Shown here: positions 19,271 to 28,356 of the stretch, piece after piece
Numbering within the stretch: the stretch's first letter is position 1
Layout: the number at the start of each line of letters is the position of its first letter
Assembly: GCA_951813615.1 (NCBI GenBank)
Contig: OX638377.1
Location: forward strand, 3,434,599 to 3,498,598
Reading direction: 5' to 3'
DNA: 64,000 nt
DNA from: an uncultured Latescibacterota bacterium
Lineage (GTDB): Bacteria; Latescibacterota; UBA2968; UBA8231
Notes under the pieces: generated by a model
What the model was told of the DNA's origin: nothing
Databases searched by the model: none
The model's input: only the letters and a program-made list of their open reading frames with translations
Made by a program: the position numbers and the translations under genes

Positions 19271-22200
19271 CTAGAAGGGTGATATCAGCTCCACGAAGAG
19301 GATGCCCTGCTTGGAGTCGGGCCGCCCCTCATGGCTATAGTCCCGCCGCGTGCGCTGGTAGCCGAAGAATATCGAATTATCGCGGATGCCAAAGTAGTCT
19401 GCGGTGATGCTCAGCATGGCCAGATAATCGGTTTGGCTGTACGTCCCGGTCTGGCTGTACGCCCCGATCTGGCTGTACGTCCCGTCCTCAGAGCCGCGAT
19501 CCCAGTGCTTAAACGGCAACAAGGGTAGCCCTTGTATGCCTAGCTGGAAGCTAGTCTTGGGCGTGAGCTTGTACCGCCCCATTACGATGGGGATGAAGTC
19601 GCTGTACGATTGCCTCGGCGCATCTTCGCTGTCAACCTGCTCAAAGATCGTCCGATGCTTCAACTTAGGCGTAACGCTGAACGCACCCCAGCTTCGGGTG
19701 TAGTCGATCTTGTTGACAATGGAAAAACGCGAGCGCACGTCTTGGGGTTGCAACAGCCCGCTGCCGTCTTCAAGCTCAATTTCGGCTTGGCTGTTGCGCT
19801 GCCACAGGAAGCCATTTTCAATGTTGAAGCCGCGAAAGCCCTGATAGGTGCTATCGAAAAAGAGGAGATGCACAAAGCTGTCGCGCATCAATAGCTCGTC
19901 TGGCGTCGCCGGCCGCCAAAAACCCGCGCGTTCGGGCGGCCCGTCTGGCTCGTTAAACCAGTTAATGATCTCAACATCGTCAATGGGCACTCGGTACACA
20001 TAGGTGTGATCCGGGATGTCGTCTTTGACCTGCTTGGCGTCGTAGTTAATCTTCAGTTGGCCGACGCCGCGCTTTGCCACCTCATAGGCGTAGCGGAAGT
20101 ACAGCGCCTCGGACTTACCGGGGCCGGCAATCTGACTGTTGTCGTAACGGCCTAGGGCAATGAACTTGCCCAAGCGCCCCAAGCGGTCGTAGCGGATGAA
20201 GATGTGCTGGCCCTTTTGGTCGCGCGGGTAGGGATAGTCCGGCTTATCGTCGTTCTCGCGGAAGTCGGGCACATTGTTGTTATTGAAGTCGATGCCATAG
20301 ACAAATTCGGGCGGTTCCGAATCGTAGGTCAGAAAAGCCTCGTCCCAGTCCACAATAAAGTTCTCGTTGCGATCCATATCTGGGATGTTATCGACGTTCT
20401 CGTCGAGGCCCGGATACACTTGGGCACCGGGATTACCTGGATAAAGCGAACGCGGCTCGGCTGTGGCCGTATCGTCGCTGTGGCTGTCGGGTAAGGTATC
20501 GTGATCGTCGTTGTCTTCGTGGAGGGGATATTCCTCGGTGACCGTAGAGGTTCTCTGGCCGGGCGCAGGCTGCCCATCGTAGTGGAAGGCCATACCACCT
20601 CGGTAACTGTCGTACCCACCGCCGTAGTCGGGCTCCATGCGGTACATCTCACCGCCCAGTGACAGGCCGCCGGCTAGCTCCTTGACGCCCTTGACCCACC
20701 ACGCAAAGGCGCGTTCACTGCTGCGCTCGCCCTCGTTATTGCCGATTGGGAACATGAAGTTTTGCAGATTGTGCGCCACTTCGCCGCTGAGATCTAGCCC
20801 TACCAAATCGACCTGATAGTTGATCGAGGCCAAACTCTGCCCGGTGGGAATGCCGTAGTCAAAGGAGACCATCCGCCGGTTGGCACCCGTGCCGTCGCCG
20901 CCATTGGAGCGGACCACAGTGTAGTAGAGCTCCTCATCTTCGTCTGTGTACCACTTAAATGGACGCCGTATAGCCCGTTCACCAGCGCTGGCTATGGGGG
21001 CTGGCCACGCCGACTCGGTAATAGCTGCGTCGCCTCGGCGATCAATATTGAAGAAGTCGTGGGTCTGGCTGACGCCGACCCGATAGTCGCCAGCCACATC
21101 GGCGACAAAGCGCGCCGAACGCACTGTCACGTCCGGCGGGAGGACGAAGGTGTACACCACCGGCACCTTTCCCTCGGCCTCGCGCCCGCCGCCAGTGTGA
21201 ACGGCCCCGCCTTCGGGCGGCCCGGCTTCTAACAGCGGGTCGTAGTCCGGGTCGTCGTCGAGGCTGGTCAGGCGCACCGGCTCTGTGTTGCGCTCGCCCT
21301 CAAGGACGATGTCCACGCCATAGACAATGGCATTGGCCCGGGCGTCGTCGGGCGAGTCATCGGCCACGAAGACGCGGATGGTCTTGGGACCGAGCATCTC
21401 ATAGGGCAAATCGCCGCGCCAAGCACTGGAACGCGACAGCGCCGGCGCAGCCATGATCTGGTTGATTAGCGTCCCGCCAACGCTGGCGAATCTCCCTACT
21501 TCGTGCTGATAGTGGCCACCAAAGAGCAGCACTGGTGAATGATCCCAAGCGTCGTCGCCCTCTTGGCCAAACGCCCATTTGGAGAATAGCTGGGTACCGG
21601 AGTGATCGCCACCGCGCGAGTAGAGCAGAGTCGCTCGGTCGCGCTCCTTGTAGTTGATGTCCATGCGCAGCACATTCAGCTTGCTGTTGACCAGCGTAAG
21701 CGGCGTGAAGATGGTGCGCACATCCGTACCACCGCCCCCTGTGCCAATGTTGCCCAACGTGGCGGTCCAGTGCAAATCCTTGTAGGTATAGTGGCCGACC
21801 CGGAACGCCCGATACTTATGGTCAATATAGCTAGCTCCACTAAAGTCATTGCCACTGCGCGACTCTTCTATCGTCAGGAGTCGCCGATAGCCGCCGCCCA
21901 TGTAGTTGCCCATCCGATCCCAGCCCACATTACGGGTCCTTAGCGCACGGCCCGACGGGGTGGCCCAAGCAACGGTCTCGCGGTAGTACGAAATGTACTT
22001 TTCGTCGGCGTAGTTGAGATAGGGAACACTGACTGCAGTGTTGAGGAAGGCCCTCCCCAATCCTCGATCATAGCGGTCCTGGGGACCGCGCAGGAAGGGA
22101 GGGCGCTTTTTCCACGGGGGATCTTGCGGGGTTCCAGGTGCGGGGTTGTAATAGGGCAGCGGACCGCCGGATTCGGGGTGGCGCTGCGCATCCGCTGGCG

Positions 22201-22276
22201 CGGACAGGCCTGCGCCAACCAGCGCGGACAAGACCACCCAGCGCTCGACAACACGGCATTTTAGCAAACACAGCAT
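19271..22276 (-). CDS. Large secreted protein, predicted outer-membrane beta-barrel with acidic Ca-binding-like insert (paralog of 12356..15292)
   Basis: ATG at 22276 is preceded by GAGGGG and gives MLCLLKCRVVERWVVLSALVGAGLSAPADAQ. The ORF-track start at 22330 would lie inside the promoter/terminator region. The C-terminal residue is Phe (..ELISPF). Conserved blocks are shared with the 978-aa ORF. Confidence 0.6.
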   Translation of the reverse strand: MLCLLKCRVVERWVVLSALVGAGLSAPADAQRHPESGGPLPYYNPAPGTPQDPPWKKRPPFLRGPQDRYDRGLGRAFLNTAVSVPYLNYADEKYISYYRETVAWATPSGRALRTRNVGWDRMGNYMGGGYRRLLTIEESRSGNDFSGASYIDHKYRAFRVGHYTYKDLHWTATLGNIGTGGGGTDVRTIFTPLTLVNSKLNVLRMDINYKERDRATLLYSRGGDHSGTQLFSKWAFGQEGDDAWDHSPVLLFGGHYQHEVGRFASVGGTLINQIMAAPALSRSSAWRGDLPYEMLGPKTIRVFVADDSPDDARANAIVYGVDIVLEGERNTEPVRLTSLDDDPDYDPLLEAGPPEGGAVHTGGGREAEGKVPVVYTFVLPPDVTVRSARFVADVAGDYRVGVSQTHDFFNIDRRGDAAITESAWPAPIASAGERAIRRPFKWYTDEDEELYYTVVRSNGGDGTGANRRMVSFDYGIPTGQSLASINYQVDLVGLDLSGEVAHNLQNFMFPIGNNEGERSSERAFAWWVKGVKELAGGLSLGGEMYRMEPDYGGGYDSYRGGMAFHYDGQPAPGQRTSTVTEEYPLHEDNDDHDTLPDSHSDDTATAEPRSLYPGNPGAQVYPGLDENVDNIPDMDRNENFIVDWDEAFLTYDSEPPEFVYGIDFNNNNVPDFRENDDKPDYPYPRDQKGQHIFIRYDRLGRLGKFIALGRYDNSQIAGPGKSEALYFRYAYEVAKRGVGQLKINYDAKQVKDDIPDHTYVYRVPIDDVEIINWFNEPDGPPERAGFWRPATPDELLMRDSFVHLLFFDSTYQGFRGFNIENGFLWQRNSQAEIELEDGSGLLQPQDVRSRFSIVNKIDYTRSWGAFSVTPKLKHRTIFEQVDSEDAPRQSYSDFIPIVMGRYKLTPKTSFQLGIQGLPLLPFKHWDRGSEDGTYSQIGAYSQTGTYSQTDYLAMLSITADYFGIRDNSIFFGYQRTRRDYSHEGRPDSKQGILFVELISPF
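19430..19483 (-). repeat. 18-bp x3 in-frame tandem repeat (encodes GTYSQ-IGAYSQ-TGTYSQ) near the 3' end of the 1019-aa gene
   Basis: The units ggtttggctgtacgtccc / ggtctggctgtacgcccc / gatctggctgtacgtccc are read directly. Confidence 0.85.
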
Positions 22277-22325
22277 GAAAACCCCTCGCGGGTCGTATTG
22301 AGCGACCGAAAAGTTAATGGGCGAA

Positions 22326-22355
22326 AACATAGGTTGGCCAAAGCTCGCGGGTCAA
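22326..22355 (-). promoter_or_regulatory. Candidate sigma70-type promoter for the long minus-strand gene train
   Basis: The minus strand reads TTGACC-N18-TATGTT, about 45 nt upstream of the ATG at 22276 and immediately after the upstream terminator. Sequence match only. Confidence 0.3.
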
Positions 22356-22356
22356 G

Positions 22357-22399
22357 AAAAAAAAACGGGAAGCAGGCGTCAAGCCCGCTTCCCGTTTTT
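22357..22399 (-). terminator. Rho-independent terminator of the 22423..23376 gene
   Basis: Stem aaacgggaagc / gcttcccgttt with a 13-nt loop. On the minus strand it is followed by a run of T (the 9-nt A-run at 22357-22365, whose inner three bases pair in the stem). Confidence 0.8.
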
Positions 22400-22422
22400 A
22401 AAACCTACTTAGAGGCCGTTGA

Positions 22423-23376
22423 TTACTGGACGAAGGTCTCCTTTACGCGGCCCCAAGAATCCTCCTCGACCGCGGTCCCTGTCGGACCAGCCGGGTCATC
22501 CACGAAGACATAGTTGGCGAACTCGGACATGTTGCCGCCCGCCCACGCCACGCACTGAATCTGACCGCCATAGGCATCTTCGCCATCGGGGTCGATCGGC
22601 AGCCAAGCAAAGCCCATCTCAGAGCCAGTCGTCGGGGCTTCAAGGAGGTTACCATTGCGCAGGAAGGTATCCCACGGCAACTTGCCTTCAATCACGTAGT
22701 CGGCGTCGCCTTCGTCGCCAAACTCATCGCCAGCGTCGCGGAAGCCATATTCAAACCCCTCAAGTGCATCGGGGTCGTGGACATCCACGCGCTCCGTATC
22801 CACGGTGACGATTAAGCAGACAGACCATTCGTGCGAGCCGAAAGGTAGAGCCATGAAATTGACCACATTCAAGTTAACGAACTCTTGAGTCGGGTCACCA
22901 CCTGGGTGATCGTCATTGTTCAGGTCGAGGTAAAGAGACACGGAGTCGCGCTCCCACCAAGCCCGAGCCTCACCACCACCTTCGGTGTCGCGGATGTTAT
23001 CGCTGATCTCGGCGATGTAGTACAGGGCTTCGTCGTCCCAAGCCTGCAAGATCGTCGACTCAAAATCGGCGTTAGTGCGCCCCTCGCCCGCGACTTCGGT
23101 CTCGCCGTTTTCGCTGAGCTGGTTAGCGCTTACTTCGCTGGACCCCTGCTCTTGGTTCCGCCAGCCAAACTCTTGACCATCGAGCTGGATCTGGTCTGGC
23201 GAGCAGGGAAACTCCAACGCGCCAGCCCACTCGTCAGCAACGGTTGCACGGTCGCCGTCGAGCGTGGGGGCTTGGGTAAACTTGGGCAGGTCGAAGTAGC
23301 GCACGGGCGGCTGGGCACTAGCCACCGTAGTAACGCAAAGAGCCGCGATAGCGGCCAAAAGGGTCAACTTCTTCAT
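22423..23376 (-). CDS. Secreted protein, carbohydrate-binding-module family 9 (DOMON-like) fold candidate
   Basis: Signal peptide MKKLTLLAAIAALCVTTVASAQ. The pattern APTLDGD......EWAGA ... WDDEALYYIAEISDN ... RDSVSLYLDLNND resembles CBM9-type sugar-binding proteins. Not verified. Confidence 0.4.
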   Translation of the reverse strand: MKKLTLLAAIAALCVTTVASAQPPVRYFDLPKFTQAPTLDGDRATVADEWAGALEFPCSPDQIQLDGQEFGWRNQEQGSSEVSANQLSENGETEVAGEGRTNADFESTILQAWDDEALYYIAEISDNIRDTEGGGEARAWWERDSVSLYLDLNNDDHPGGDPTQEFVNLNVVNFMALPFGSHEWSVCLIVTVDTERVDVHDPDALEGFEYGFRDAGDEFGDEGDADYVIEGKLPWDTFLRNGNLLEAPTTGSEMGFAWLPIDPDGEDAYGGQIQCVAWAGGNMSEFANYVFVDDPAGPTGTAVEEDSWGRVKETFVQ

Positions 23377-23554
23377 TACTGCATCTCCTTAGTTGTGAGA
23401 AGTGGATGAAGAAAAGTTTGAATGAATCAGTCATAATAAATCTCCTGCAAAAAGCTGTCAAGAAAAAAATTGCGCTACGAGACCATCCAACCTATATCAT
23501 GTAAGTAGATACAATACACAGATTTTCTACCGCGATCACGCATGATTTAATCCT

Positions 23555-24583
23555 GTGAAATATCTCTTCCTCATTGGATTGGCCTCCCTCGTACTCGGCG
23601 GCCGACCGGCCAACGCCCAGCCGCACATCTACGCCATCGGCTTGGTCTTTACCGATCTCGTCGATCAAGAAGTCCTGCCCGTCCACCTCGCCGAGCAACA
23701 CCCCCGCCTGATGCGGGAAATCGAGCGAGCGATCAGAGACGTCTTTACCGACTTGGGCCGCTTTCGCGTCTTCCGCTTGCGGAGCATCCGCGAGGCCCGC
23801 AATCCCACAGGGCAAGAATCCATCGATTACATCGCCCACTTCATTCTCAACAAAGCCCATAAAACATACCACAACCAAGTTATTCATTACTACGAAAATT
23901 CGGGCCTATTCGACGACGGGGGGCCTAGTGAAGACCAGTCTTACACGGTGATTTCACTACCCGCCATCGTCGGTCAACTTGAAGTCAAGTTGATGGATCT
24001 ACACCGCGACAAAATTTTCTGGTCGGACTTGCGCGACTCCTCAGCCGTGATACCTTATGACCAACAGCTATTCCTTTATAATACTTGGAAGTATCCGGGT
24101 GCATCGCATCCTGGTTTGACACGCGCTTTTCTAGCCGATCTTCTCCGCTTGCAAATGGCCGATTCCGCTACAGAACGCGCATTGAACGTCGCTGAGCGTT
24201 GGTTTGTCTCTAAACCGAGTAGCGACCTCGCCGTTGCCCGGGGGCTATTACACGGGCTAGCGAATAATCTAGCGCCTGACCTAGATGCGAATTTGCCGCT
24301 AGAGGGCCGCATAGCAGCTCTCTTGCCCGAACGAAAAGGTAAACCACACGTCCAGCTAAACATCGGTGCTCGGCACGGGCTGACAAAGCGAATGCGGTTC
24401 GACGTATGGCGGCCTAGGCCATCGCAGCAGAAAGTAGGACAAATAGAGGTGGTTGACGTGGACTCCACTACGGCCATCGCTCGGTTGCGAAAACTCGATA
24501 AGAAGCTCAAAAAACGCGGAGATGGCCTACAGGTCCAAGACCGAGTCATTTCCCCCAAACGCCCTTTGAGGAGGTCATTATGA
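23555..24583 (+). CDS. Secreted hypothetical protein
   Basis: 342-aa ORF with a GTG start. Signal peptide MKYLFLIGLASLVLGGRPANAQ. It is coupled to the next gene by an ATGA overlap. Confidence 0.5.
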   Translation: MKYLFLIGLASLVLGGRPANAQPHIYAIGLVFTDLVDQEVLPVHLAEQHPRLMREIERAIRDVFTDLGRFRVFRLRSIREARNPTGQESIDYIAHFILNKAHKTYHNQVIHYYENSGLFDDGGPSEDQSYTVISLPAIVGQLEVKLMDLHRDKIFWSDLRDSSAVIPYDQQLFLYNTWKYPGASHPGLTRAFLADLLRLQMADSATERALNVAERWFVSKPSSDLAVARGLLHGLANNLAPDLDANLPLEGRIAALLPERKGKPHVQLNIGARHGLTKRMRFDVWRPRPSQQKVGQIEVVDVDSTTAIARLRKLDKKLKKRGDGLQVQDRVISPKRPLRRSL

Positions 24584-25776
24584 GTGAGAAATGGGTCTCC
24601 AAGCGCTTTGCTTCGCCCACTCAGGACTTCGATCTCGATACGTTGGCTCGCCGCCTGCGCCGGGGCTTTTTTATCGCCCTAGCTTCTGCTGTAGCCCTCC
24701 TGCTCATCGTCGTTGCGATCAACCCCTTTAAGGAGGCCGAGAAGAAAGCACCCCGGCCTCTGACGACCAAGTTCATCAAGCGCGAGCCGCGCCTGACCAA
24801 GCCGCTTGAGTTGCGCAAAATCCCCCAACCCAAGCGCCAGCTAGCGCGCCGCGAAGTCCAGCTAGCGCAAGCGCGCATGGACCAAGTACAAGCCACGGCC
24901 TCGTTCAACACCCGCAGCCTAATCGCCGGCGTCAGCGGATCGGGGATTCGCCTGTCAGGGCAATCCGCCTTCAGCCCGACGGCTACTATGACCATCGAGC
25001 CTAAATTGACGGCCGCGGCAGTGACCAGCACCCGCACCTCCGAGCACAAGATCGACATGGGCCTGGAGATGCTCGACGTCAACAACATGGACACCGGTCG
25101 CTACCGCGCCATTATCGTCCAAGACGCCACGGACAAGCAGGCCATCAAGGGCTTTATCAAGCTAGCCGCAGTCGTGTCCGGGCGGGCATTAGCCGGTGAA
25201 GCTGGACTCAATGTCCAAACCCTTGATCGGCTGCGCGATGTGATCAACGAATACACCGGCCTCAAGGCCGAATTCCTCGGCCGCGTCACATTCGACGACC
25301 CGCGCCTGATGGAAATACCCATCATCCTACCGTACGGCTCGCCCAACGAGACCGAAATGGCCAACTACGCCCAGTACCTAATCTCGGGTGGTTTTACGTT
25401 TAGCGGGCTCCATGGCGAAGCACTGGAAAAGTATGGCGGCCTAGTCCGCGGCAAGGACTTCTGGTCCGAGCGCCTGCCGGAGGACCACCCCATCTATACT
25501 GCCTTCTTCGACATGAGTGGAGGCATGCCTTTCGGCTATAGTCCCTCGTTGGGACAGGGTAAGGCAGGCGTTAGGACATGGAACTATCTGACGGGCCATT
25601 ATATTAAAGGTAGATTAGCGAGCGCCACGGCCGGCGATACAGGGGGCTGGGGCTGGCACAACGACACGCGCGGCGGAGACTCGACGCGCCAGCTACAACT
25701 AGCAGTCAATATTATCATATACGCCTTGACGCAGGAAGGGTCGATTACCCAACGCCTCATGCAGATGGTCAACTAG
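24580..25776 (+). CDS. DUF4159-domain membrane-anchored protein
   Basis: 398-aa ORF with an N-terminal TM segment (FFIALASAVALLLIVVAI). The C-terminal part (...GGFTFSGLHGEA ... QLQLAVNIIIYALTQ) matches my recollection of DUF4159. Confidence 0.55.
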   Translation: MSEKWVSKRFASPTQDFDLDTLARRLRRGFFIALASAVALLLIVVAINPFKEAEKKAPRPLTTKFIKREPRLTKPLELRKIPQPKRQLARREVQLAQARMDQVQATASFNTRSLIAGVSGSGIRLSGQSAFSPTATMTIEPKLTAAAVTSTRTSEHKIDMGLEMLDVNNMDTGRYRAIIVQDATDKQAIKGFIKLAAVVSGRALAGEAGLNVQTLDRLRDVINEYTGLKAEFLGRVTFDDPRLMEIPIILPYGSPNETEMANYAQYLISGGFTFSGLHGEALEKYGGLVRGKDFWSERLPEDHPIYTAFFDMSGGMPFGYSPSLGQGKAGVRTWNYLTGHYIKGRLASATAGDTGGWGWHNDTRGGDSTRQLQLAVNIIIYALTQEGSITQRLMQMVN

Positions 25777-25798
25777 GCTTCGCTGTAAAGTCAATCTC

Positions 25799-25840
25799 AA
25801 AGCAGGTGTCAGGTTCCCAATTCCCGACACCTGCTTTCAC
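25799..25840 (+). terminator. Hairpin terminator candidate after the DUF4159 gene
   Basis: Stem aaagcaggtgtc / gacacctgcttt with a 15-nt loop. The T-tract is short, only the paired ttt followed by cactt. Confidence 0.45.
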
Positions 25841-25853
25841 TTAAATCTCCACC

Positions 25854-26672
25854 ATGTCCAAGCTCGCCCTAGCAGGCCTTTGCGCCAGCCTATTGAGCTG
25901 CGCTGCACAACAGGCCGAGTACTACATAGACCAACTCGCCGATTCGCGGCGTCAAGTTCGCCTCGACGCCAGCCACGCCTTGGTGCAACTAGGCCGCGCA
26001 GCCGTCGAGCCCTTGATAGACCGCGCGACCACTGGCAGCGATAGCCTGCGCTACATCGCCGCCCAAATCCTCGGCCAAATCGGCGACCGGCGCGCCACCC
26101 CCTTCCTCAAATCGCTCCTCCGCAACGAAAATCGCCACGTCCGCGAACAGGCCGTCCGCGCCCTCGGCCAGCTCGACGACCCCCGTCTCCACTCAACCTT
26201 AGCCAGCATCCTCGCCGACGACTCAGTCCCAGATGTGCGCGGCGCAGCAGCTTGGAGCTTGGGCAACCTCCGCGACACCACGGCCGTGCCCTCGTTGGTG
26301 CACGCCTTGGCAGACACCGTTCCCTCAGTGCGCCGACAGGCCCTCGCCGCGCTGCAGTTTCTGTGGACCCCAGCGGCCGAAGCAGCAGCCCTCGACGCGC
26401 TCCGCGACCGCGACGACACTGTGCGCTACATCGCCGCGCAGCTATTGGGGCACCACCGAACGCACCGCGCCCTCGACGCGCTATGCCTTGCCTTGACCGA
26501 TGACAATATCTGGGTCCGTGCAGAAAGCGCCCGCACCCTCGGCCGCATCGGCGACACCACGGCCGTGGCTCCGCTAGAGCGCATGTTCGCCGAGCGCGAA
26601 GGCCCCGACCACGAGGCCGCAAAAGAAGCATTGCAACTGCTCACGGGCTTGAACTACGCGGTCGCCCCCTAA
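25854..26672 (+). CDS. HEAT-repeat (PBS-lyase-like) protein, secreted or lipoprotein
   Basis: Repeated D...VR..A...LG.(L/I)(G/R)D..A...L units. N-terminal signal-like LALAGLCASLLSCAA. Confidence 0.75.
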   Translation: MSKLALAGLCASLLSCAAQQAEYYIDQLADSRRQVRLDASHALVQLGRAAVEPLIDRATTGSDSLRYIAAQILGQIGDRRATPFLKSLLRNENRHVREQAVRALGQLDDPRLHSTLASILADDSVPDVRGAAAWSLGNLRDTTAVPSLVHALADTVPSVRRQALAALQFLWTPAAEAAALDALRDRDDTVRYIAAQLLGHHRTHRALDALCLALTDDNIWVRAESARTLGRIGDTTAVAPLERMFAEREGPDHEAAKEALQLLTGLNYAVAP

Positions 26673-26673
26673 T

Positions 26674-28353
26674 TTGCGCATCTTGCTGCTGTTTTGCGCC
26701 GTGCTGCTATGCGCCCTCCCCCTGCGCGCTCAGCCCCAATTTAGCGACCAAACCGCTGCCGCTGGCATCACGTACCGCAATGTATTTGGCGGGCAAGAAA
26801 AGCACTACATACTAGAATCCCACGGCAGCGGCGCGGCCTTCTTCGACCACGACTCCGACGGCGATCTCGACCTCTACATAGTCAACGGGGCCACCTTTGC
26901 CACGTACCGCGACCGCTCGGGGCCGGGCAATGCGCTCTACCGCAATCGCGGCGACGGCACTTTTGCGGAAATCACCCAAGAAGCTGGAGTCGGCGACGCT
27001 GGCTGGGGCGGTGGTGTGGCCGTGGGCGACATCGACAACGACGGCCGCTCAGACCTCTATGTGACCAACTACGGAGCCAACGTACTCTACCGCAATCGCG
27101 GCGGCGACCGCTTTGCTGATGCAACTCAAGAAGCGGGCGTTGGCGGCGATCAATACAGCGCCAGCGCGGCCTTCTTCGACTACGACCGCGACGGCGACCT
27201 CGACCTCTACGTGGCCAACTACGTCGTCTTCGACGCCGAGAACCTGCCGGCTGAGCCACAGCTCTGCACCTTTTTTAGCGGCCTCCGCGTCTATTGCGGT
27301 CCCAAGGGATTAGTCGGCGCGCCGGATGTGCTCTACCGCAACGAGGGCGACGGTAGGTTTACCGACGTCACCCAAGCATCGGGCGTGGCAGCCGCCAATC
27401 GCTATTACGGCTTGGGCGTGGTACCGGTCGATTACGATTCCGACGGCGATAGCGACCTCTTTGTCGCCAACGACGAGACTCCCAACGTGCTCTTCCAAAA
27501 CCAAGGCGACGGCACCTTCCAAGACATCGCCCTGATCGCGGGCGTGGCGTACAACGGCGACGGCGATGTCGAAGCCGGCATGGGCGCGGACTTTGGCGAC
27601 TACGATCAGGACGGCGACCCAGACCTGTACGTAACCCACTTTTTTACCGAGACCAATACGCTCTACCGCAACGAGGATGGCGTGCGTTTCTCCGATGTCA
27701 CGACCACCGCGGGCCTCGCCGCGGCCACAGTAGAGATGTTGGGTTGGGGAACGCGCTTCTTCGACTACGACAACGACGGTCGCCTCGACCTCTTCGTCGC
27801 CAACGGCCACGTGTATCCGCAGGTTGACCAAGCCGCAACCGGCACCACCTACCGCCAGCCCAACCAACTCTTCCGCAACGAGGGCGGCGGCCGCTTCGCC
27901 CCAGTATCAGCCGACCTTGAGCTAGCGCAAGCCAAAGTCAGCCGTGGCACCAGCTTTGGCGATTACGACGACGACGGGGATATCGACCTCTTCGTCGTCG
28001 AGCTCAACGACGCACCGACTCTGTTGCGCAACGATGGGGGGAATGCGAGAAATTATCTCGTGCTACAGGTCTTTGGCCGCGAAGACAATCGCGACGGAAT
28101 CGGCACTCGCGTCAGTCTGCAAGCCGACAACAAGCGCCAGTGGCGCACAGTCAACGGCGCGGCCAGCTACCTTTCGCACAGCGACTTGCGCGTCCACTTC
28201 GGCTTGGGCGCGGCGCAAGCCATCGACCGCGTCGAAATCACCTATCCCAACGGCAGCACCTACGCAGTCGATAACGTGCCCGTCAATAAGCTCTTAGTCA
28301 TCCGCCAGGGGCAGGGGCATGCCCTTCTCACACTAGGCGCGAATCCTTTTTGA
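26674..28353 (+). CDS. CRTAC1-family protein (FG-GAP/VCBS repeats + ASPIC/UnbV C-terminal domain)
   Basis: TTG start and signal peptide. Repeated (F/D)D.D.DGD.DL(Y/F)V.N motifs. The C-terminal NR.GIG.RV.......Q..........YLS.SD..VHFGLG block is the ASPIC/UnbV signature. Confidence 0.8.
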   Translation: MRILLLFCAVLLCALPLRAQPQFSDQTAAAGITYRNVFGGQEKHYILESHGSGAAFFDHDSDGDLDLYIVNGATFATYRDRSGPGNALYRNRGDGTFAEITQEAGVGDAGWGGGVAVGDIDNDGRSDLYVTNYGANVLYRNRGGDRFADATQEAGVGGDQYSASAAFFDYDRDGDLDLYVANYVVFDAENLPAEPQLCTFFSGLRVYCGPKGLVGAPDVLYRNEGDGRFTDVTQASGVAAANRYYGLGVVPVDYDSDGDSDLFVANDETPNVLFQNQGDGTFQDIALIAGVAYNGDGDVEAGMGADFGDYDQDGDPDLYVTHFFTETNTLYRNEDGVRFSDVTTTAGLAAATVEMLGWGTRFFDYDNDGRLDLFVANGHVYPQVDQAATGTTYRQPNQLFRNEGGGRFAPVSADLELAQAKVSRGTSFGDYDDDGDIDLFVVELNDAPTLLRNDGGNARNYLVLQVFGREDNRDGIGTRVSLQADNKRQWRTVNGAASYLSHSDLRVHFGLGAAQAIDRVEITYPNGSTYAVDNVPVNKLLVIRQGQGHALLTLGANPF

Positions 28354-28356
28354 TTA

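Noticed and set aside
23377-23554. Divergent AT-rich intergenic region scanned for sigma70 promoters (e.g. TTGAAT at about 23419).
   Set aside because: No -35/-10 pair with acceptable 16-18-bp spacing could be supported by eye. It probably contains promoters, but I cannot place them.
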